In this document: piece after piece, positions 54,261 to 64,000 of the stretch
How the letters are laid out: every line of letters begins with the position of its first letter
Numbering within the stretch: position 1 is the first letter of the stretch
Origin: the human T2T-CHM13v2.0 reference genome, Homo sapiens
Assembly: GCF_009914755.1 (NCBI RefSeq)
Contig: NC_060939.1
Length of the DNA stretch: 64,000 nt
Reading direction: 5' to 3' (one strand)
The notes under the pieces: model-generated
Told to the model about the DNA's origin: nothing
Databases searched by the model: none
Seen by the model: the letters and a program-made list of their open reading frames with translations, nothing else
Program-made: the position numbers and the translations under genes

Positions 54261-57200
54261 GTGGCTATTTTGAGAGATTCTTGCAGTCATGATTTACCAA
54301 ATTGAGTCTCTCAAGGTATGATAACTGTTCATACACTGGAAGGTCAAATGTGGGAGGAGCTTAAATTCCATCTGTGTACCTTCCCTACAGCTTTCATGTT
54401 AGGCGTTGATGATGGGAAAAGAATTTGAAAGGATCTGCTAGCTGCCTGCCCTCTTGTCTTTTCTAATCCCACTTCAAGGTACCATGAGTGTCAGAGCAAA
54501 TACTGCCTCCTCCCTTTAGAATGTTAGCAGTACAAGCCAAGTGTGCTAAAAAATGCTTGATAAGGCACAGTACACTTAGACTTACCTCCTAGATTATTCC
54601 CTATTTTATCACATTAATTATGTGTTTATTCTCTACAGAGCCTCCCTTTTTCCCTTGTATTAGTTTCAGTATTCACTCAACAACTGGGCCATATCTTGGG
54701 CTAGCACTGGTGCTACAGGTCATGGGAGGCAGGGACTCTGCCCTTCTGAATATGATGACCTAGTAAATGTGAAAACTACCTAAATAATTAAATACAGCAT
54801 AAGATGTGCCATCTCAGAAGCAAGTCAGGCTTCTATGGGTTGGAAGAGTGTAGCCCAGAGAGAACAGCAGGGGCACAGGTTGACAGGAGTGAGAAAATGA
54901 AAGCTTTTTAAAAGAAGATATCAGGATTTCTTAAACCAGGCAATTTGATTAAAAAAAATTATTTGGATTGTAAGTGGCCCATAAATTAAACAATACCAAT
55001 TTATGGGGTTTTGCTTTTGTTTTAATTGAGTATGTTGCCTTTTTATCCATTTTTGGAATGCTCTAAGGTTTCAGTTGCTAGGACCTGGATCCCACATTGA
55101 GATCTCAAGAGTGAAATCTCAGCGCGTGGCTTCCGTGTCTCCACCCTGCTGTCTTGTCATTCTGCTCATGTGAGAATGGACCACGTGCTGCAGCTGCTAG
55201 GTGCAGGATGTGAGCGGGGAAAGCCGCAGAAGAGGGGGCTTAGAAGAGTTAGCTAGGGCCCGACCTGGAGGGTCAGAAGGAAGGCTTTGGATTATATCCC
55301 TCAGCTAATAGGGATCCAGAGAACTGTAAGCAGGACGGTGACCACAACAGCTGTGCCCCAGCCCTCAGAGATGTAACCTAAGGGAATGCTTCCCACAGGA
55401 AACATACCGTGGCAGTTATCGGAGCTGAGAGTTGAGAGAACGGGATCCTAGCAAATGACTTGGCACCTATGCAATCTCTGCAGCAATGTCCCCATCACAT
55501 GTCAGAATAAAAACATTCGCCTGGTTCAGTGCCCCTAAAATCTCCCACTAGAAGGAGCACCTTGGAGAGTGAGTGCGTCAAGGGAGCTGAAGAAGAAGAG
55601 CATCCCCTAAAGGCAAAAAGAAGATGCAGTGATAAGCAGGGTGAGATTTGGAAAAGGGCAATGGAAAACCAGCGGAGAGATAGCCCAAAAATGGGTGGGC
55701 TCTCCACCAGGGCCCCAAGAGCAAGGAGATGGAAGGAAAAACTTCAGTAGCTCATTTTCTGACAGAACATGCCTAACTCCCCAAGATATCTGAAAGTCAA
55801 GATAAGAAACCAGCATATTTGAGACCTATACAGGAACTTCTGCCGCAAATACACTGTGTTCAAGACGGCTTTAGCAACGAACCACCAGGTAAACTAAAAC
55901 GAGGTGGGCCACAGCTTCCATTGGTCTCTGTGCCCAGGTGGTTTTGGATCCCTTGGAGCAGCGCTAATGGACACCAAGAGTAGGAATTATAGGAGTCTAG
56001 ATTGGTAGGTGTGACAAACTAAAGTATAATACTCTTGCATACTGAAAAATCCACAGATACAAAATTAAAAGGCAAATTTAGAGAAGAAGAGCTTTATGCA
56101 CAAAGCTGTGTTTAATCATTTTATTTATTTTCCTGAAAAATTTAAGACAACCTAATAATCCTACAATCGGCTTTTAAAAGGTAGTTATGAAGACTGGTAA
56201 ATGTGGAAAGTGCTCGCAAATGCATAACTAAGGAATAGAAACAGAACATGACATTTGGAATATACAGTATAATTTTATCCAAATAGCAATAAAAACGCTA
56301 TGCATGAAGAATCTAGAAAGAAATTTTAAAATATTTGTTCCTTCTTATTCCTTGGGTAAATGCTATTAACCAGAAGCTGATGGAAATGTTTTTGGACAAA
56401 ATCCATCTGTTTGAGATTCATCTTGCTTTTGGAGTCTGATCTCTCATCTCAGTTTGGGAAAAGCCATCTATGAAAATACATATTTTTTTTTTAGCCAGAG
56501 TGACACTAATCTTTTTTTTTTCCTTTTGGGGGCCAATAATAGATGCAGCTACTAGAGCTACCACCAGGAATCCCCACATGACATGGGCTCTGGCCGGCTG
56601 TTTCTTTCTCCTCTCTGGTACCTGCCATGGCCCCCGTGCTCTGCTCTGTGAAGGGAGGAGTGGGGAATGGGAGGGTGGAGAAGGTGGCATTGCATGCAGA
56701 AGGCTTCCCCTGCATTTGCGGGTGGGATTCAGAGTAGAACTGTTCAGCTGTTTGGCCCTATGAGGATCTAGCACAAAGCAAGCCCTCCATAAATGCTAGT
56801 TAAACTGTATTAGAAGCATAAACAAAGTATAAGTTTAACCAGGCTCCTGGTACAAACCAAATAAATGTACACAGAAGCCAGAGTTTATTTCAAGGGCCAA
56901 GGAAGAAAAAAACACTCTATTAGACTCTTTTGTGTCTTTCTGGAGGGAAAAAGTTGTCAGTTTTGCAAATGATTACAGCCCTTGACTAATTCTTCCATCG
57001 TATGCTCTGTCTGGCATGAGGAACTCACTTTGAGGTGGAGAATTGGAGGGTGAGCATAGATGAATGTGCCCCAGCACTGGGGGACTGCCAGCATGAGCAG
57101 CAGAGGCTTCCTAAAGGTCTCTGTGCCCATGTGGAGCAGGTGGTAGGGACAAACTGCTGTGTACCAAGAGGGGAGACTGAAGAATAGCAGAAACAAAGTT

Positions 57201-57383
57201 CCCAATGGAGTTAGAAATATGAGTGGACACAAACCTCTATGATTTTCTGCTGAGGCCCCTACTATAAAAGACTGCTTGCCACCTGCTTCTGGAAAAACAG
57301 ACTTCTGGGTGCATTAACGTTATTTACAACTAGGCTGCTTCCACCTAGGCAAGCACTGATGCAGGCAGTGGGTGTATGGGAAT

Positions 57384-57477
57384 TGTAAAGGCAAATGCAG
57401 AATAGCCCTGCTCTTAAGAAGCTTCCAGTCTGTAAAGGCAAATGCAGAATAGCCCTGCTCTTAAGAAGCTTCCAGTC
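57384..57477. repeat. Perfect 47-bp tandem duplication
   Basis: TGTAAAGGCAAATGCAGAATAGCCCTGCTCTTAAGAAGCTTCCAGTC twice (57384-57430 and 57431-57477). Confidence 0.97.
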
Positions 57478-58949
57478 CGCAAAGGCATCTTGGTCCTCCT
57501 GGGTATACAGAGACCTGAATTCAAATCTCAGCTGGGGCTCTGGACAACCACATAACCTTAAGTAAGTCTCAACTCCTACCCTGACCTCTTTGCACTATCC
57601 ATAAAGTTGAGGTGATGTATTTAGGAATTCCCACTCCTCTGACCCGCTATTGGCATCCATCAGCAGAGTGCCTTTGCAATCTGAAAACTTCCTCCAGTAT
57701 CACTAAGAACCAGGAGGATAGCCTCTCAACTTCCCACCGAGCATGTCAGCATCTCCACTGTGGCACCAAGGGAAAGGAAAGCCCTGGGCTCGGAGGGCTC
57801 CCTGAACCACAGCGTGACTGTTGCCCCATGTGTACGGTAATTCCAACAAGGGCTAAGTGGCTAGCAAATTTGGAAGGGCAGGGTTTGTGATTAGCTCTCC
57901 TCCCAGTATCCCCCATATAGCTCTCTATTGCATATGCAGCAAGTCTGAACCCAGTTCATAAAACACAGGTTTGCACACGATGAATCTTTATTTTACTACA
58001 ACTCAAATTCTATTTGAAGCCCATTCTGCTTGAAGGCAGAAAATGCAATCTTAGCCAATACTGGGAAATCTTTGCACTTCAGGTTTAAACACAGACAGTT
58101 CAGAATTTCCCCTGTCCCCTCCCTTTTCCCAGGAGTAACATCAGAGTTCAGGGAGCCCCATGCAGGATCATTAGTTCCAGGTAGGCAAAAAGAAAGAGCT
58201 CATATTCCCCAGTCCTTGTTTCTCGATGCAGAAATATCTGTCGAGTAGTACTCCAGGTCCTTTTCCTCATGCCTCCATGACTTATCTAAAAGGAGCCAGG
58301 TTTATTTTTCTGTGTTTCCCTCTCTTTAAGATCTGTCTACAGAAAGCACCCACTCCCCTCTGCCCCTGCCAAAGAAGGGCTGCAGCTGGCTTGCACTTCT
58401 ATGAATACGTTAGTCCCTGGAACCCTGGCGTGCTGTACCTATTAGTAGGTCCACTGTTTCCACTGAACTCAGCCACATCCTCCCATCTCACCTTTCTCCC
58501 TTATAAAGGTGGTGCTTGGATTTAAGACAGCCCAACTTCTCTATCTCTCAATTATTTCTGAACTTAGGTTATAGACAGGGATGTTATCTATGAGCCCCCT
58601 CCAATCCTTATGAGTAGTGTCTGCCCAAGTAGGCATCTGCTGATGTGTCTGTATTTCTCTCTGCTCCCCAGAGCAGGGACTCAGCCAGCGTGAGCTGATG
58701 CAAACCCCATCATGTCTATGAGCTCGCCGGTGCCTGTTCTCTCTGCTGACTCCCCTCTTGAGCACACGGGAACATGTGTATTCCTTCCCACACCCCTCTG
58801 ACAACTCTCAGGCCTCCCTGACCCTGACAGCCCACTTTTCTTTATCACCCCCATGCCATGATGGTGCAAGGAAGTTGACCGCTGGGCTTCTCTGTACTCT
58901 CAGATCCCCAAATTCCTCTGAGAATTATGTTGTTTCTGAGACCCAGACT

Positions 58950-59400
58950 CTATTAGTTTCCTAGCGCTGCTGTAACCAATTGCCTCCAACAGGGTGACCA
59001 TAGCAACAGAAATTTATCCAGTTCTGGAGGCTCAAAGTCTGAAATCAAGGTATCAGCAGGACCACGTGCTCTCTGAGCATGCAAGAAGGGGATCTTTGCT
59101 CGCTGCTTCTAGCTTCTGGTGCTGGTGGCAATTCTTGGGGTTTTTAGACTTAGGAAAATATCATTTCAATCTTTGCTTTTGTCTTCATACAGCCTTTTCC
59201 CTGTATCTGTGTCTCTGTGTCCAAGCCTACTCTTCTTATAGGAACGCCAATCATTGGGTTAGGGTCCACCCTAATCCAGCACGGCCTCCTCTTAACTTGG
59301 TTCCATCAGGAAGACCCCATTTCTAAATAAGGTCACAATCACTTGTACTAGGGGTTAGGATGTCAACATATCTTTTTGGGAGACAGTTCAACTCATAACA
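58950..59400 (-). mobile_element. MaLR LTR, MLT1B/C-like
   Basis: TATTAGTTTCCTAG.GCTGCTGTAAC..CAGTTCTGGAGGC..AAGTCTGAAATCAAGG..AAATAAGGTCACA..TTCAACTCATAACA. Confidence 0.85.
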
Positions 59401-62079
59401 CAGTCCCATCCTTGAAGTATATCTTAGAATTACAACACCTCTCCTTCCTTCCTTCTCTCTCTCTCTCTCTCACACACACACTCACTCACACTCACACCTC
59501 ATTTCCAACTCTTCTTTCTCTTGCAACTCAAAGATATTTTCAACTCCCAGGTGGGGAAAATACTATCTGTTGTAGTTATTCTACCAAATCTTCTTCCCTT
59601 AGGTGTGGACAGCAGTTTTTCATTTGTTTGTTTTATTTTAAAAGCCAGGAACTTGGTGCCTTTGTCTTCTGACTTCTGGGCCACCCCTTCCTTGAGGCCA
59701 CAGGTGCCTCCTGTCTCATGGCAGGAATGGGAAGAAGGTTCCAGGGAAAAGGGCATGGGAGGAACCACATATTTCTCAATATCATCCTGGAACACAGATC
59801 TTTCGTTCAGAATATTTTCTGAGTCTTTCTTGATTTTCACCAGTTTTTCAGCCTTCTGCCACCACTGGGATCTTTTGGCTCTGAAAATTCTCATGAGGAG
59901 AGAGGATAAAAGACGAGAGGCCACATTTGCAGAAGTGACCCTCCTGCCACTTGTAAAGGCTTTGCAGGCTGTTAGTGAGAAAGCGGGAGCTTGTACACCT
60001 TCATCCAGAGATCTGAGTGTCCACTAATGGTGTGGCCGGAAAGGAGAGAAGAGCCAGTCCGACAAAAGACTGTCCCCAGTGGAGCCAGACAGCCTGTTTT
60101 AGAGGTTTATTTTGAAATGTTTGGCCCATGTCACCAAGGCTCCTTTAAAATATAGATACCAATAGAAACCACACAAATCTTCATGGTAGTTATATCAACA
60201 TTTTTCCAGCATTTCCAAATGCAAGTCCTCTTTTAACAAATATAAAAATTTCATGGCCTTCTTTCGAGTTATTTGGAATTTCAAAGTAAATAAGAAATCA
60301 TGCTGACCAACAGCAGAGTAATATTATTCGGACGATTTCTTCAATCTGCACCTCTCTCCCCTACGCCCTGGGGATTCTAATCTTTCCCACTAGGAGGTGA
60401 GAGCAGTGCCTCTCTTCTGCCTACTGATAAGCACCAATTTGGGGCTTTAAAATCCTGATCATCCCCTTAGATTTAGAAAACAAGGTCCTGGGAGAATTTG
60501 GTCCTGGACAGTTACAGGGGTTTTCAGTGAAGGAACAGTGGACCAAATGGGAGGAGTCTTTGCAGGGAAGAGCAAATCTTGCAAAGCTACCATAGCAGAG
60601 ACATCAGGGCTGTATGAAAACGCCCTGGGTCTTGGGAAGGCCTTGGGGAAGTAGGGGCAGGGGGTGGACAGGGAGAGTGGAGAAAACACTGGACAAGATG
60701 TCAAAAGACCCTGGTTAGAGCCCTGCTGCTTACAAGTCATGTGACTATAGTCAAATCCCTCAACAAAACTGTTGTCTTAGGTAGTACAAGGCTGAACACT
60801 CAGAATTCACATGGGAACTAGGGGAGATAATTCCATATGAAGTTGTTCACCCAGTGCTAATTTCCTACTCACCGCCTTCCTCATTCAGATGAGCCTGTTA
60901 ATAACAATCCAGTCACTGGCAGGAAGTGGAAGCCAGGCTGAATCCAGTTTAGAAATGGTCTAGTTCCCATGTCATTTCAGCACTAACCTTTTCTCTAGAC
61001 ATGGCCCACCAACTCGGAGGCAGGCTTGTTGTCCCAAGGCCACTACCACCATCACACGCTGGTGGCTTCGGACACCCCTGTTCACGAACCCTTGTGTAAT
61101 GCCCAGAGTTAGATTCTGATGACAAGGGCCATTGCAGGCTGAAGTGGCAGACGCTTTGCCATCAAATACCAGCCTGAATGCGCTTTAGCTTCAGAGGTTC
61201 ACACTGATGCTGGGAGATATTCTAAGCTCTCTACCCAGACAATGACAGATTGCTGCCTGCATATATTTTCTCCTCTTTTGGCAAAGTAAACGGAGTAAGT
61301 TCATTCAAAAGGAGAGAAAGGGGTGTTCTCTTGGGATGCTCAATCCGAATATAGTTCTGAGGGTTAAGGAAGGAGTTAATTCTGCTGTTAACCTTTAGAA
61401 GCAGGAAAAAAAAAATAGATGGGAAATAAGGTTGAGGTCTCCAGTTAGTATTTTTTTCTTTTTCAGAAATTCTGTCAGATTTAATTAAATCATCGCAAGT
61501 GCCTTTTAAAGGGCTCTGTGTGGTTGTCCTGCATGGTTGGAGGAACTTGATCCAAGAGGCAGGGAGAGCTTTGGTATCATGCCAACTTCTGTTCTTTCCC
61601 AGGCAAAAAACACAAGTCAGCCCAAAACACAAGTCAGCCCAGTAGTACTCATCATTATGTGGACCCAGAAGGCCATCAAACACAGAGCTGGCGACGGGTC
61701 CTGAGGCTCGGCAAAGTGTAGGAATTTTGCCAGAAAGTCCAATACGCACATCTTTCTCCCCTGAACTGGCCTAGCCTGTCTGCCGTGCTGTGTCTGTGCT
61801 GCATTTACTGAGTTCCTAAGCTACAGCTTCCCTGTCCTCTTTATTCTCCTGCAGCACCAGGGAAACAAAAAACAGGGCTGAAATTCCATTCTCTCGTTTA
61901 ATAGACAGCCATTGAAAAAGAAGGCTCTATAGGTAAAAATATCATATTTAATATACATTATAATCTATGAAATAATACAGGTAAAAAATGATCATAGCAA
62001 ACATGGATGAGCCTGGCAGTGTTCTAAGCACTTTGTTTTCAAAATATAAAACAAAACAAAAACTAAATGCAAAACTACG

Positions 62080-62440
62080 TGTGTCATCAATTGTGCTATC
62101 CGCCAGACCACCCTGGATCTCCCCATTCTGAGCACATGGTTGGATTGGACATCTTGTTCCCACTGTGGTTGGGAGGGGCCATGTGACTTATTCTGGCCAA
62201 TGAGTTTTGAGCAGAAGTGAAGCATGTCATTTGCAGGCTAGAGTATTTATTGCTGCTCAGGACCCTCCAGTTGTCTCTTTTCCTCTGGCATAGTGACTGG
62301 CAATTTGGAGAATCAGCGTATCCTACCAACTTACAATGGTCATGTGGTACGAATGGGAAATAAACCATGTTTATTTTTAATTTGAGTCACTATTGTTTGG
62401 TTTATTCATTAGTGAAGACTAGTCTAGTCTCTCCGATTAA
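62080..62440 (+). mobile_element. Old MaLR LTR (MLT1I/J-like)
   Basis: GGGGCCATGTGACTTATTCTGGCCAATGAG..GAGCAGAAGTGA..GAAATAAACC. Confidence 0.65.
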
Positions 62441-63409
62441 ACTTACATAATCATAGGCTATTTTTGAAAAGATATACAAAAATTTGGCAACAGAAAGATA
62501 ACTAGAATCAAGAGTGAGAGAGATTTTATACTCTTTTTTTTTTTGTACTATGTTTTGTTTATCATGTCCATACATGAATCCCTTCCTCTACCGCTAAATT
62601 GAAACAAATGAATAAATGAAATGTATGGAGCTGACACTATGTGCTAGGCATCCTGCCAGGTAATTAGGAGACAAAGCTTGAAGCTATTCTATTTTCCTGG
62701 CTAAGGGTCTATTTGGCTGATCTCCCTGATTTTTCTCTGATTATCTGTATCTTGCTTAAATGGATCCTCCCCACACCATACAATGCTCCTCTTACATTCA
62801 GATCCAGCACATCAAAGAGAACAGAGCCAGCATCTTTTTGGCCAGGTCAGAGAAGTCTCATGGAGCCTGTCCATTATCATCACCGATGGCTAACTTGGAG
62901 TGAGTTTGGGAAAGGCTGTAATGATACTCGCAGCCTCTCAGCTTGCCATATGGATGAACAGCACTGCAGCTGGTCACTTGAGGGGCCACTCCCTGGCCAT
63001 TGGATGTGAGCCTGGAGCAGGCTGTGTCCTGAAAAATCTTCTGTTGTGAGTGAGCCCATGTGACAATTCTCCTTGCGGGAGATGGGGGCCAGGGTATGAG
63101 GTAGGGTTCATCATTCAGCTGCAGAAGCCCAACCACAGCAGCTCAACTAAATAAGGGGTGACTATCCCCTATAACAAGGAGTCTAAGGAGGCCTCCCAGA
63201 GGAGGTGCAGCAGCTCGTGTCCCAGGCTGTATCACACCTGCCACCTCATGGCCATAAGATCACGGTGGCTCTACCTTGTGCCTCCCATCAGCATTCCTAG
63301 CCAGAAAAAGAGGCAGAAAGGAAGCAAGAAGGTGTTAACAGCCGTGTCAGCAAAGCACGAAGTTTCTCAGAAATCCAATCTGTATTGGCTGGAAGTAGCC
63401 AAGCATAAT

Positions 63410-63625
63410 AGATAAAAGCACTAACTCTAAAAACTGACTGGGTTCAAATCCTGGCTCCACCATTTAATAGTTGCGTGTTCTCAGCCTACTTACTTAACCT
63501 CTCTGTATCTCAGTGTTCTTAAAGATAAAACAGGAATTACAGCACCTCCCTCCTAGAAAAATTATGGAAACTAAATTGTAAAGTGCTGAGAACCATGCTT
63601 TGTCTGTAGCAAGTACAACTTAAGT
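63410..63625 (+). mobile_element. MIR
   Basis: CTGGGTTCAAATCCTGGCTCCACCATTTA..TACTTAACCTCTCTGTATCTCAGT..TGTAAAGTGCTGAGAAC. Confidence 0.8.
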
Positions 63626-64000
63626 GTCTGCTAGATAAACACTTGACCAACCCTCCTGCAAGGGAGTCTGGGAAGGTGAGTACTTTAGCTAGGTATATTA
63701 TTGCCCTGACCAAAAGCAGGAATCGGTTAATAAGTAGGAGAGGAAGAAAGGTACTGGGTAGCATTCAGCAATGCCTGTCATGGCCAGCAGGTTGGACAGG
63801 GGCTAGAGTTTGAGTCTAATGAGTAAGGTGACCAAGAGAGAAAAGAGTCAGAGGGCTAAAACCCTGAACCGAAATCCTTTGTTGGTATTGGGGTGGAGTT
63901 GGGAAGTAAAGAGCAATATGCTGTTCCTGAGTCTTGGTCTGAATGGGACCTTGGAAACACAGGCCTAGCAGCTACAGGAAGAGAAAAGAAATATGAGAAA

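Noticed and set aside
57384-57487. CRISPR-like repeat
   Set aside because: Two adjacent copies with no spacer, in a mammalian genome.
61231-61749. 172-aa minus-strand ORF
   Set aside because: Non-ATG start, no recognisable domain, and it depends on a 17-bp duplication and a homopolymer run.

Overview
Primate (almost certainly human) intergenic DNA dominated by interspersed repeats (about 15 Alus, old L1M/L1ME, L1PA, L2, MIR, MaLR/ERVL/ERV1 LTRs, hAT MITEs). I found no intact protein-coding gene. The main content is a 21-kb stretch (19.9-40.7 kb) with three co-oriented (+), L1-mobilised retrocopies, each with target-site duplications (TSDs). (1) A DUXA processed pseudogene inserted in an old L1, with both homeodomains stopped at the same WFQN-R codon. 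(2) A full-length NPM1 processed pseudogene inserted in an L2, itself interrupted at the stop codon by a 5'-inverted (twin-primed) L1PA fragment. (3) A HERV-W processed pseudogene (R-U5...U3-R-polyA, gag/pro and most of IN/env deleted). A decayed LTR33/ERVL provirus lies at about 14.4-17.9 kb. From recall, this combination fits human 15q26.1 (DUXAP6/NPM1P5); I have not verified that. I see no evidence for a new biological system; the findings are details of retrotransposition and a few candidate regulatory sites. Repeat subfamily names and comparisons with parent genes come from memory, and boundaries without TSDs are approximate.
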